44,119 bases of DNA, from positions 1-44,119 of the IMG/VR virus record IMGVR_UViG_3300009702_000005, one strand, 5' to 3'. The notes under the pieces were generated by a model. That model was given only the letters and a program-made list of their open reading frames with translations. It ran no database searches and had not been told where the DNA came from. The stretch is from a virus. Positions 15,987 through 24,583 of this stretch are shown here, piece after piece (positions within the stretch are counted from its first letter, which is position 1; each line of letters starts with the position of its first letter). The position numbers were made by a program, and so were the translations under genes.

Positions 15987-16349
15987 ATGGTAGAACTGAA
16001 AGAAATTCAAGACCATGTAACCCAGAAGTCTTATCGGTGTCGGAGGTGTGGTAGGCTACACGTCATGGGTTCAAACAGTTACGGAGACTTGCCGATTTCG
16101 CCGTGCTGTGGTGCGATTGCTCAGTGTATGGACCCGCCGCCAGAGGGATATACCAAGCCGAAACTTCCTACGGCTGGTATTGCGATACTGGATAAGTCTA
16201 CCGGAGAGTTGCATATTGTGCCGCATGACGGTGCTACTGAAATGATAGCGGACATGGTACGGTTGTTCGGTGAATTGCTGCACAACGGTAACAACGATAG
16301 TGATGAATCTGAAGAATCTGACACTGACGACTTGACAGAAAGTGAGTGA
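15987..16349 (+). CDS. zinc-ribbon-like protein with an acidic Ser/Asp/Glu tail, 120 aa
   Basis: ATG lies 5 nt after junction motif 15970..15981. CRRCG...SPCCG cysteine pairs. C terminus NNDSDESEESDTDDLTESE. Confidence 0.55.
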   Translation: MVELKEIQDHVTQKSYRCRRCGRLHVMGSNSYGDLPISPCCGAIAQCMDPPPEGYTKPKLPTAGIAILDKSTGELHIVPHDGATEMIADMVRLFGELLHNGNNDSDESEESDTDDLTESE

Positions 16350-16422
16350 GTGAATAGACTCACATATCGACCGAATGGTTCGGTTGATGGTTTAGTGGTC
16401 CTAGAGTGAAAGGAACGGGATC

Positions 16423-16812
16423 ATGGGTACGGTACTGAAGAGTTTCAACTTCCCTGAACGAAGCTGGAACAGAACGGGACACGATTGGGATTCTATTGGA
16501 GACGGCAGAATCCACAAACTCGAACAAGGGGTTGACTATCATGGTCAATCCAAGAATTTTGCAAACTTGTGTCGAAGCAAGGCTGTACAACTCGGCACGA
16601 CAGCACAAACCGCCATCGTTGAAAAGGATGGTCGGGAATTTGTCGTTGTCAAGTTTGCCGTTGTTGAGTCTGAACAGTCTGGCAAGGGCAAAGGCAAGGG
16701 CAAAGGCAAAGGCAAAGGCAAGGGCAAAGCTGAGCCTCCTGAGCCGCCGTCTGACGACGATGACGACGATGATGACGACGACGATTTGTTTGACGACGAC
16801 GACGATTTCTAG
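16423..16812 (+). CDS. hypothetical protein with (GK)8, a Pro/Glu linker and a poly-Asp tail ending in Phe, 129 aa
   Basis: Sequence ..SGKGKGKGKGKGKGKGKAEPPEPPSDDDDDDDDDDDLFDDDDDF*. GAAAGGAACGGGATC precedes the ATG. Confidence 0.65.
   Translation: MGTVLKSFNFPERSWNRTGHDWDSIGDGRIHKLEQGVDYHGQSKNFANLCRSKAVQLGTTAQTAIVEKDGREFVVVKFAVVESEQSGKGKGKGKGKGKGKGKAEPPEPPSDDDDDDDDDDDLFDDDDDF
16681..16728 (+). repeat. (GGCAAR)8 hexanucleotide tandem repeat encoding (GK)8
   Basis: ggcaag ggcaaa ggcaag ggcaaa ggcaaa ggcaaa ggcaag ggcaaa. Confidence 0.95.
16753..16806 (+). repeat. GAC/GAT trinucleotide tract encoding D11-LF-D5
   Basis: Read directly from the sequence. Confidence 0.95.
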
Positions 16813-16862
16813 ACAACTGTTGTTAATTGCGTAACTTTAATAGCGCGATTAACAGCAAACGG

Positions 16863-16900
16863 ACCCGGTTGGAGAGTAATTCTCTGACCGGGTTTTTTTT
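16863..16900 (+). terminator. rho-independent terminator closing the early block. A second hairpin lies just upstream at 16821..16854.
   Basis: Stem ACCCGGT..(extended)..ACCGGGT followed by T8 (16893..16900). Confidence 0.85.
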
Positions 16901-16906
16901 CAACCC

Positions 16907-16934
16907 TTGACCCAGATTCGACAGCCGCTATAAT
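16907..16934 (+). promoter_or_regulatory. sigma70-like promoter TTGACC-N16-TATAAT for the replication/recombination operon
   Basis: cccTTGACCcagattcgacagccgcTATAATgatc, located immediately after the terminator. Confidence 0.65.
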
Positions 16935-16981
16935 GATCGACGCCGTAAACGAACCGCAAAGGAAACGCGGAGGCAAAATAC

Positions 16982-18331
16982 GTGAGAGACGACAAGGTAG
17001 GCATTCCACAATATCGCCGAGTCACTGATTATCAGCGGGCATTTCTGGCCGAAGCCGACAATTACGAGCGTGTATTCCTGCAATGGGATATGCGACTCGG
17101 AAAAACGCTCACTACTCTCAGGTGGTTCGAGCGAGCTTCCTGCAAGAGATTTCTGGTGGTCGGCCCGGCCGCAGTCTTGCATGATTGGCAGCAAGAGGCC
17201 AGTGCAGAGAACATCCCTAGCGCTATCGTGACTAGAGAAGTCACAGATGCCTATACGCTATCACTAGCGTCTATCCCTAAAGGTGTCACTCTAGTTAGTT
17301 ATGCTAGACTGTTACGCTACCCAGAAATACTTGCTAATTATTGGGATGGCATTGCCCTAGATGAATCAACTAGAATTCGCAATCCCAAAGCGAAAGCTAG
17401 CAGGCTATTAGTTTTACGTACAACACACATCCCTAGACGCATCTGCTTATCCGGTTGTCCAGCGCCGGAGTCTTCTCTTGATCTTATCCAGCAATACTTG
17501 TTCTTGTGTTGTGGTACTGTCTTAGACTGTGCGAACTATTGGCAATTTGTGAATCACTATTGCCGTCAAGTCTCACAGTATGAGTACATAATGCCGCAAG
17601 CTATTCTATCGTGTCTACAGGCTATTCCTGATGTGCTAGTGTCTACTAAGACCAAGAGACAATTAGGGTTAGCTAGTCCAGTTACATACCAGACGCGGTA
17701 CGTGGATGTTCCAGCTAATACGATGAAATCTTATCGAAGCGCCGTGAAAGATTATGCTCTCAGCGATAGGGAGACAAAGTATAGATTTGTAGTTGATACA
17801 TGGTTATCACAGTTAGCTGGTAGTGACCATAAAGATAAAGAGCTAATAAACCTATTGACCCAAGAACTATGTCACCAGCCTGTAGTAGTTTGGTTCCGAT
17901 ACAATGACGAACTTCTCCGAATCAAGAAAAAACTAGATGCTCATGGACTACAAGCACTAACTATCTATGGCAATGTCTCACATAATGACCGGGCAAAGCG
18001 TATAACAGATTTTCAGAAAGGCAATGCCCGTATCTTGTTGGTGCAGATAGCTTGTGGAAAATTTGGATTAGACTTTTCAGCGGCCGATACGATGATCTAC
18101 TTTTCTCATACCTACGAGTATGAAGCACACGCACAGTCACTAGAACGAGTACAACACATAGCTAATAAACGCAATGTTCTAGTTATAGACTTAGTATCTG
18201 CTGGAACTATCGACGAAAAAATTAGACGTGTTCTACGTGAAAAAGACGGTGCTGCTAAGTCAATCATGCAGCGTAGTTTTAAGGCTGAACTAGACAGGGA
18301 AGCACAGAAATGGCTAAGTCAAAAGGGGTAG
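16982..18331 (+). CDS. SNF2-family (Rad54-like) helicase, 449 aa (GTG start)
   Basis: Motif I DMRLGKTL, motif II ALDESTRIRNPKAK, helicase C region LLVQIACGKFGLDFSAADTMIYF. GGAGG lies 8 nt upstream of the GTG. Confidence 0.8.
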   Translation: MRDDKVGIPQYRRVTDYQRAFLAEADNYERVFLQWDMRLGKTLTTLRWFERASCKRFLVVGPAAVLHDWQQEASAENIPSAIVTREVTDAYTLSLASIPKGVTLVSYARLLRYPEILANYWDGIALDESTRIRNPKAKASRLLVLRTTHIPRRICLSGCPAPESSLDLIQQYLFLCCGTVLDCANYWQFVNHYCRQVSQYEYIMPQAILSCLQAIPDVLVSTKTKRQLGLASPVTYQTRYVDVPANTMKSYRSAVKDYALSDRETKYRFVVDTWLSQLAGSDHKDKELINLLTQELCHQPVVVWFRYNDELLRIKKKLDAHGLQALTIYGNVSHNDRAKRITDFQKGNARILLVQIACGKFGLDFSAADTMIYFSHTYEYEAHAQSLERVQHIANKRNVLVIDLVSAGTIDEKIRRVLREKDGAAKSIMQRSFKAELDREAQKWLSQKG

Positions 18332-18825
18332 AGATAGTTACAATAGACCCCGGCACTAAAACAACTGGCGTAGCTTTCTGGGATAGGGAAACATGGAAAG
18401 ACTTGGTGCCGCCTACTGACGTGTTTGCTATAGCGGCATCGTCTGCGAATAACTGGTATACGCGCATGGCTGGAATTATTGATGCTCTTGACGGCCTGTT
18501 TGCGGAGCGTACAGTATTACGAGCATACATTGAGTTACCTACGTTTATGCAGTCACACAAAGGACAAACAGCGGCAAAGTCTGGTAGCTTGGTCAAATTG
18601 TCGGCCATGTTTGGCGCGGTCTACATGAGTTGTCACAATATAGCAGCTAAGGTAAAACCAGTCCGAATTGTGGACTGGAAGGGGCAGCTACCGAAAAATG
18701 TAACGGAGCGTAGGATACGGAAACGGTTAGGCAATCTGGAACATGAGGGCGGTATTGGGGTGTCAGTTCCATCCGATTGTTGGGACGCTGTAGGAATTGG
18801 TTTGTGGGCAAAAGGGCATTTCTAA
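18310..18825 (+). CDS. RuvC-like Holliday junction resolvase, 171 aa
   Basis: N-terminal IVTIDPGTKTTGVAFWD and C-terminal DCWDAVGIGLW, which look like the RuvC-fold acidic residues. Confidence 0.7.
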   Translation: MAKSKGVEIVTIDPGTKTTGVAFWDRETWKDLVPPTDVFAIAASSANNWYTRMAGIIDALDGLFAERTVLRAYIELPTFMQSHKGQTAAKSGSLVKLSAMFGAVYMSCHNIAAKVKPVRIVDWKGQLPKNVTERRIRKRLGNLEHEGGIGVSVPSDCWDAVGIGLWAKGHF

Positions 18826-19013
18826 TGAGCGTTGAATACTACCCTGTAATTATTGATGAAGTTATCAAACTAACTAACTTAGCTGTGCTGGTAGACATAA
18901 ATGGCGAGGAAGTTTGGATTCCTAAGAGTGTCATTGACGGCAACGTAGGCGTATATAGTACCGAGATATACGTCGCTGAATGGTTCCTTGATAGAAAAGG
19001 GATTGACTACTAA
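18825..19013 (+). CDS. hypothetical protein, 62 aa
   Basis: TAATG overlap with the resolvase stop. The track extension from 18777 overlaps the resolvase. Confidence 0.45.
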   Translation: MSVEYYPVIIDEVIKLTNLAVLVDINGEEVWIPKSVIDGNVGVYSTEIYVAEWFLDRKGIDY

Positions 19014-19034
19014 GTAGAGAAAGGTGGTAGGATT

Positions 19035-19976
19035 ATGTCACACTACAGAACAGAACCGTGGGATTTTGTAAAGCACGGAGTTAGTCCTAGCTTTGTCAGT
19101 CAATTTTTGCGCTGCAAGTATACCACATATCTAAAGTACGTTGAGGGCTGGAAGTCAAATCGAACATCGGAACCGCTACAATTTGGTAGCGCAGTTCATT
19201 ACGTTTTCGAGCGGGCATACAAACACAAGACTGTACCTAGTAACAAGAAAATAGCTAAATGGCTTGCTAAGTATGAAAAAGCACATAGCGACGTGTTTAG
19301 TAATGAGCGGTATCAGGTCGCACTAGGCACAGCTAATGTAGTGCTCCAAGAATACTTTCGATATTACGCTAATGATTTCTCCCAGATGCAGGATGGTTCT
19401 TTAGTCTGGGAGGCAACGGAGCATAGGTTTGAATTGCCGGTCAATCTTGGAGCGCGTGATGGTCGAACAGTTAAACTAAACGGCATCGTAGACGGTATCT
19501 ATCGGCATACAGATGGTAGATGGATACTGGATACTAAGTGTAAGGGCAGAGTGAATCCGGGCGAGATTTTCGACGGTTTCCCTATGTCATTCCAATTCAA
19601 CGCTTATATGTACTATCTGTATAAACGCTACAATGAAGTACCTACGGGGGTGGTATGTAACGTAGTGCGAATTCCCCAGATAAAGCAGGGTAAGCAATCA
19701 ACTAGGGCTTATATGCAACGTGTGAAGGAAGACGTAGCTAAGAGGCCAGACTTCTACTTTATGCGCCCGTCTTACCGGATTACTAAGGACGAACTAAAGT
19801 ATTGGGTAAAACGCCAGTTACGCCCAATACTAATAGATATTGCAGATTGGGTGAATAATGACTACCAGCCACGATACGCTAACGAAACTGGTCTGATGGT
19901 CGGATATAGACAGAGCGATTATTTTGATGCGGTCTGTCAAGGCGACTTCACAACCTTAGTAAAGAAAGGTAAGTAG
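19035..19976 (+). CDS. PD-(D/E)XK (RecB/Cas4-like) exonuclease, 313 aa
   Basis: GIVDGIY....WILDTKCK (D...D-x-K) followed by a QFNAYMYY (QxxxY) motif. Confidence 0.65.
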   Translation: MSHYRTEPWDFVKHGVSPSFVSQFLRCKYTTYLKYVEGWKSNRTSEPLQFGSAVHYVFERAYKHKTVPSNKKIAKWLAKYEKAHSDVFSNERYQVALGTANVVLQEYFRYYANDFSQMQDGSLVWEATEHRFELPVNLGARDGRTVKLNGIVDGIYRHTDGRWILDTKCKGRVNPGEIFDGFPMSFQFNAYMYYLYKRYNEVPTGVVCNVVRIPQIKQGKQSTRAYMQRVKEDVAKRPDFYFMRPSYRITKDELKYWVKRQLRPILIDIADWVNNDYQPRYANETGLMVGYRQSDYFDAVCQGDFTTLVKKGK

Positions 19977-19977
19977 G

Positions 19978-20229
19978 ATGAAAGCTACACATGACACACA
20001 CGGAATGCTATATAGTAACCGTAGAGACAGCAAACGCGAGATTCGACGAATTCGTAATTATGTACATCCCAGACTAAAGAAATATGAGCGCGACGTAATA
20101 TCTGGGAGAGTACCCTGCCCCTATCGTATTACGTTTATGCGTGCTAACGGTGATGTGATAACAACCAAGCCGATTAGGTTAACAGAGACAGGGAAGCCGA
20201 AGAATAAACAACTATTTGGAGCTATTTAA
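19978..20229 (+). CDS. hypothetical basic protein, 83 aa
   Basis: GAAAGGTAAGTAGG precedes the ATG. No family recognised. Confidence 0.45.
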   Translation: MKATHDTHGMLYSNRRDSKREIRRIRNYVHPRLKKYERDVISGRVPCPYRITFMRANGDVITTKPIRLTETGKPKNKQLFGAI

Positions 20230-20441
20230 TGCTTGTACTCGCATTGAAAGCGGAGCAAGGAATTAAGGTTGATGGACCCGCAACTGTGCGTGTCTTGTCA
20301 GTCGGTAAGGCACGTACTCTTATCGGCATAGAAGCAGATAAATGTGTGTCTATTAAGAGGGTATTTGACGATGGCAAAACACAAGAACGAAAAGACAAAA
20401 GCAGTAGTAAAGTTGCCGCAACAGAAGACAGAACTGGTTGA
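20229..20441 (+). CDS. CsrA/RsmA-like RNA-binding protein candidate, 70 aa
   Basis: MLVLALKAEQGIKVDGPATVRVLSVGKARTLIGIEADKCVSIKR aligns by eye with the CsrA pattern MLxLxRxxGExxxIxxxxxVxVLxVxGxxVxIGxxAPKxVxxxR. Confidence 0.5.
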   Translation: MLVLALKAEQGIKVDGPATVRVLSVGKARTLIGIEADKCVSIKRVFDDGKTQERKDKSSSKVAATEDRTG

Positions 20442-21192
20442 CGAATTTCACAGGTTTGTCACATTGATTTTCGGCGAGAAGAAAATTGGCAAGAGCAGTC
20501 TATGCTCACACTTTGAAGATGCTTTATTCTTACCTACAGAGGAGGGGACCAAGAGTCTTAGTGTTTACCAGCCGCAACAAGACGATGGTACTCCGATGCT
20601 ATTAGATTCATGGGATAGCTTCGCTACTTGGGTAACGGCGTTTGTCAAATCTAAGAGATTTCCTACAGCTGTGGTTGATACAGTCGATGGCGCTTACGAT
20701 CTATGTTACGACCATTGTTGTAATGAGTTAGGTATAGAATCCCCAAGTGAGTTAGGTTGGGGGCAAGGTTGGGATGTTATCTATCGCGAGTTCAAACGAG
20801 TCTTTCGTAAGCTATTCACTTGTCGGAAAGGTGTAGTATTGTTGTCGCATTGTAAAAGTAAAGAGCTTGAACGATGGGACAGTGATGATACTATAGATCA
20901 ACTACAGTGTACAATAACCGGCAAGTGCGGCAAGTATGTGACAGGCGCGGCGGATATTTGGGCATACTATGGATACGCTGGTAATAGCCGACGCTTGTAT
21001 TTACGCGGTTCCCAGAGATTAGACGCTGGAACACGACTCACTGAACATTTCCTACAGCCTGATGGTACGCCGCTTGAATTTGTACCTATGGGTAAGTCGA
21101 GTGAGGAAGGGTATCGTAATTTAATGGCGGCGTTCGACAATAAGTTATGGCTAAAGAAACGAAAGGGGGGCAAAGGCAGGAAGCGTAAGTGA
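20371..21192 (+). CDS. Sak4-like / RecA-fold ATPase (phage recombination), 273 aa
   Basis: Walker A-like IFGEKKIGKSSL near the N terminus. It lies next to the exonuclease and the SSB-like gene. ATG 20371 has AAGAGGG upstream. Confidence 0.5.
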   Translation: MAKHKNEKTKAVVKLPQQKTELVDEFHRFVTLIFGEKKIGKSSLCSHFEDALFLPTEEGTKSLSVYQPQQDDGTPMLLDSWDSFATWVTAFVKSKRFPTAVVDTVDGAYDLCYDHCCNELGIESPSELGWGQGWDVIYREFKRVFRKLFTCRKGVVLLSHCKSKELERWDSDDTIDQLQCTITGKCGKYVTGAADIWAYYGYAGNSRRLYLRGSQRLDAGTRLTEHFLQPDGTPLEFVPMGKSSEEGYRNLMAAFDNKLWLKKRKGGKGRKRK

Positions 21193-21239
21193 GTGAGTGA
21201 GTAAAGAACTTCAATCTCCATTAACTAAGGAACAAGGCA

Positions 21240-22001
21240 ATGGGTAAGAAAAACAAGAAAAACAAGAAAAACAAAAAGCGCAATCAGCAACAGGCTATTA
21301 CGTTGTCGCCAGAGTTGCAGGCGTTTGTCAATCAATCAACTAAACAGTTTCGTAAGGGTAAGAAACAGGCTGAGGCAGAGGGCAATAGCTTTAAGAATCT
21401 GCCGGACGGAGTTTATATTGCGTCCATTACTGACTGTGAAGTTAGTCAATCTCAGTCTAGTGGACGATGGCAGCTTAAGGTTGAGTGGACCGTATTGGAA
21501 GATGACCAACAAGGAAAGACCACGTTTCAATTCTTTGGTCTGGAATCGTCGGATCAAATCAAGTTCTTGAATTGGTGGCTTGCACGATTCGACATTGATG
21601 CGGCCGAAGATGCGGGCGACTTGGTTGTTAAGGCGGCTGAGATACTCTTACGGCATCCGAAATGTCGTATTCAACTGCGAACGCGCGGTGAGTATCAGAA
21701 TTGTCGCGTGAAGAAATTTCTGGAAGACTTGGGTGAGTCTGTGCCGTCTGGGAAGGGAAAGAGTAAAGATACGGAAACAGACACGGACGACGATAATAGC
21801 AATGATGACGACGACGTGACTATTGAAGGTGATGATGAACACGTCTTAATCGCAAAGGGTGATTCGGTCAAAGTGAAATATGGGAAGGGACGGCCGAAGA
21901 AAGCGACTGTCTTAAAGGTTAATCCGAAGAAACACAAGGCTAAAGTCTTGTTGACAGCTTCAGAGGAAACCGTTGTAGTTGCGCTGAGCGCTGTTGTTTA
22001 G
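21240..22001 (+). CDS. SSB-like (DUF669-like) protein with an N-terminal KKN repeat and an acidic segment, 253 aa
   Basis: LPDGVYIASITDCEVSQSQSSGRWQLKVEWTVLEDDQQGKTTFQFF resembles the DUF669 pattern I recall. Acidic DTETDTDDDNSNDDDD. The (AAGAAAAAC) repeat at 21246..21275 encodes KKNKKNKKNKK. Confidence 0.45.
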   Translation: MGKKNKKNKKNKKRNQQQAITLSPELQAFVNQSTKQFRKGKKQAEAEGNSFKNLPDGVYIASITDCEVSQSQSSGRWQLKVEWTVLEDDQQGKTTFQFFGLESSDQIKFLNWWLARFDIDAAEDAGDLVVKAAEILLRHPKCRIQLRTRGEYQNCRVKKFLEDLGESVPSGKGKSKDTETDTDDDNSNDDDDVTIEGDDEHVLIAKGDSVKVKYGKGRPKKATVLKVNPKKHKAKVLLTASEETVVVALSAVV

Positions 22002-22012
22002 TGGTAGTTTAT

Positions 22013-22060
22013 GGGGACATCAGGCCGTACATAGATGCGGCTTGGTGTCCCCTTTTCGTT
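22013..22060 (+). terminator. rho-independent terminator
   Basis: About 15-bp stem GGGGACATCAGGCCG / CGGCTTGGTGTCCCC followed by TTTT. Confidence 0.75.
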
Positions 22061-22084
22061 GTCAGGTAATAGGGAGACATTCAG

Positions 22085-22321
22085 ATGAAGAAAGTCGTTA
22101 GTAATAGTAATGAAATAGTATCACAGGCTACTATAACTATTACAGAAACAGAGGAGTACATACATTGTACAACATTTGGTGTAGGCGATGCTCTAAGAAT
22201 AGCTAAAGTATTAGATAGTATATTTGAGAAGGTGTCTAAACAAAGGAAAACTAACGCCACAAAATGTAAGCAATGTATGGTAATTTATAGCATTAAAACA
22301 AACAGGGAGACATTCAGATGA
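22085..22321 (+). CDS. hypothetical protein, paralog 1 of a tandem pair, 78 aa
   Basis: Shares VSQATI(T/I)ITETE(E/G)YI(H/R)C..FG.G(D/N)AL(R/K)I.K.LDSIF with the next ORF. Both have the same leader GGGAGACATTCAGATGAAG. Confidence 0.55.
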   Translation: MKKVVSNSNEIVSQATITITETEEYIHCTTFGVGDALRIAKVLDSIFEKVSKQRKTNATKCKQCMVIYSIKTNRETFR

Positions 22322-22512
22322 AGGTAGTTAGGAATAATAATAAGTATGACGACGGCGTAGTGTCACAAGCCACCATAATCATTACAGAGACCGAAGGGTA
22401 TATACGTTGTGCAGCTTTCGGTGAAGGTAATGCTCTGAAAATAGTTAAGGCACTAGACAGTATATTTGACGGTCTATGTATTCCAGAAAGGAAGGAATCT
22501 GATGAAGTCTAG
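22318..22512 (+). CDS. hypothetical protein, paralog 2 of a tandem pair, 64 aa
   Basis: See paralog 1. ATGA overlap with it. Confidence 0.55.
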   Translation: MKVVRNNNKYDDGVVSQATIIITETEGYIRCAAFGEGNALKIVKALDSIFDGLCIPERKESDEV

Positions 22513-24583
22513 GCAGCGTATAGTAGCTGTTGATACTGAAACAACAGGACTACACGTCATGCAGGGGGACCGGCCTTTCGCGGTGGGTATGTTGTGGGAT
22601 GATGGAACAGAAGAATACTATGATTGGCCGGTTGACCCATATACGCGCAAAGTATCAATTAGCACGGCAGCATATAAGCGTGTCAAGAAAGTGATGGAAG
22701 ACAAAAACACAATCAAGGTATTCCATAACGCTAATTTTGACCTGTTGATGCTACTATCAGGGTTTGGTATTGGCTTCCGTGGAAAGATAGAGTGTAGCTT
22801 AATCAAAGCTCAGGTTGTGTTGTCTGGGAGACAGTCATACAAACTAAAGGCGCTAGCACATGATCTACTTGGTATACATAATGTAGATGAAAGGGAACTG
22901 AAAGACGCTGTAAAGTCTTTGCGTAGAAATCGAAAGATTGCTAATACCTATTCATTAGGTAGTACCGTAGAGGAAGATTATTGGTTGCCTAAACATGAGG
23001 ATAACGCTAATACTTTATGCCGCAAGTATTGTCTACTTGATGTGAAGCGAACGCTATTACTGAATGCACTACTTGACAATTTAATAAAGGGTAAGAAAAA
23101 CAAGGGGATACGAAAGGTATATAGGCGTGAAATGAAGCTGCTTAAAGTATGTCTCAGGATGCAGCAAACAGGCATTAGGGTAGATATGTCGGAGATACGT
23201 AAACAAATAGATACGGCTAAAGAGACAGCACAGTTTGAATTAGAAGCGCTGCAAACATACTACAATAATATGGTAGGAAAATCAACCAAACCATTCAATC
23301 CCGGTAGTCCCACACAGGTTGCTAAATTGTTGTATGATGGAGCAGGGTTGAAGATAAAGAAACGAACAAAATCAGATAATCCGTCAACAGACATAGAAGC
23401 TCTACGACCATACTTAGACCATCCAGTAGTCATGTCGTTACTACGCTGGAAAGCAGCTAGTAAATCTACTAGCTCATTCTTCGGAAAATACCTATCGCTC
23501 GCATTAGCTGACCGCAATGGAGACTGGTATCTTTACCCAGAATTCCGTCAGAATCGGGCAATCACTGGCCGTATGAGCATGTCTGAGCCGAATCTGCAAC
23601 AAGTATCGCACGGTAAGACGGCAGCACAGAAAGGGGCCGTACCAATTTATGCCCGCCGTCCGTTCATCCCCAGAACAGGTAAGGTGTGGCTGTGCGCGGA
23701 CTACTCACAGCTTGAAGCTCGCATCTTTGCATACTTAGCGCAAGAGCCTACCATGTTGCAGGCATTCGCTGATGGCCGTGACATGCACGCTGAATGTGCT
23801 GATAAATGTTTCGGTGGACGAAGGTATTATTATTTAGGTATGCGAATACTAATGACACGTTTAGGGTTTACTGGAACAGGAAGTGACCCTAAAGCTAAGG
23901 ATGTGTTAAGACAACTAGGACTACACAAGCAGAAGAAACAACGTGTTCGTAAATGGTTAATGAAGATGCTCTATGCCCGCAATTTTTCAATAGTATCTGT
24001 TGAGCGTGAATTGTTTGGAGATAGTGTAGCACGTAATAGAGCTAAGAATATCCTATTTCTTAAAACATATGGTGGTGGAGCATATCGGGCATCGAAAGAG
24101 ATAGGGTGCAGCTACGATGAAGCTAAAGAATTACTCAGTGGATATGATACAGAATTTCCAAAACTAAAGGCTTACCAGCGTAATGTGATAGCATATGCAA
24201 AAGAGCATAGACATATCAATACACTGTATGGTCGAAGAATTACAGTACAGAATCCTTTTGTGTACAAGGGTAAGGTTGTTGATCCAGCGTACAAAGCTGT
24301 TGACTATTCAATTCAGTCTGTTGCAGCCGACCTGATAAAACTTGCAATGATTGATATTGATAAGTGGTGCCGTAGACGGAAAGACCTTGATATTAAGATG
24401 CTACTACAGGTTCACGATGAACTTATCATAGAGATAGCTGAGAATCATTGTAAGCCGGGAATTCTACGACGAATCAAAGATATAATGGAAGACTCTCACT
24501 TAGATGGAATGGTAGCTACACCAGTTGAGTTGTCGCTATGTCGTAAGACGTGGGCAGAAAAGGAAGACGTAGAATTAAACTAG
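22502..24583 (+). CDS. family A DNA polymerase with 3'-5' exonuclease domain, 693 aa
   Basis: Exo I VAVDTETTGL, Exo II FHNANFDL, Pol motif A CADYSQLEARIFAYLAQE, motif B RNRAKNILFLKTYGGG, motif C LLQVHDELIIE. Confidence 0.9.
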   Translation: MKSRQRIVAVDTETTGLHVMQGDRPFAVGMLWDDGTEEYYDWPVDPYTRKVSISTAAYKRVKKVMEDKNTIKVFHNANFDLLMLLSGFGIGFRGKIECSLIKAQVVLSGRQSYKLKALAHDLLGIHNVDERELKDAVKSLRRNRKIANTYSLGSTVEEDYWLPKHEDNANTLCRKYCLLDVKRTLLLNALLDNLIKGKKNKGIRKVYRREMKLLKVCLRMQQTGIRVDMSEIRKQIDTAKETAQFELEALQTYYNNMVGKSTKPFNPGSPTQVAKLLYDGAGLKIKKRTKSDNPSTDIEALRPYLDHPVVMSLLRWKAASKSTSSFFGKYLSLALADRNGDWYLYPEFRQNRAITGRMSMSEPNLQQVSHGKTAAQKGAVPIYARRPFIPRTGKVWLCADYSQLEARIFAYLAQEPTMLQAFADGRDMHAECADKCFGGRRYYYLGMRILMTRLGFTGTGSDPKAKDVLRQLGLHKQKKQRVRKWLMKMLYARNFSIVSVERELFGDSVARNRAKNILFLKTYGGGAYRASKEIGCSYDEAKELLSGYDTEFPKLKAYQRNVIAYAKEHRHINTLYGRRITVQNPFVYKGKVVDPAYKAVDYSIQSVAADLIKLAMIDIDKWCRRRKDLDIKMLLQVHDELIIEIAENHCKPGILRRIKDIMEDSHLDGMVATPVELSLCRKTWAEKEDVELN

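Noticed and set aside
16681-16806. Short tandem repeats considered as a CRISPR-like or minisatellite non-coding array
   Set aside because: The repeat units are 6 and 3 nt, there are no spacers, and they are in frame inside a well-supported ORF (GK and poly-Asp tracts).
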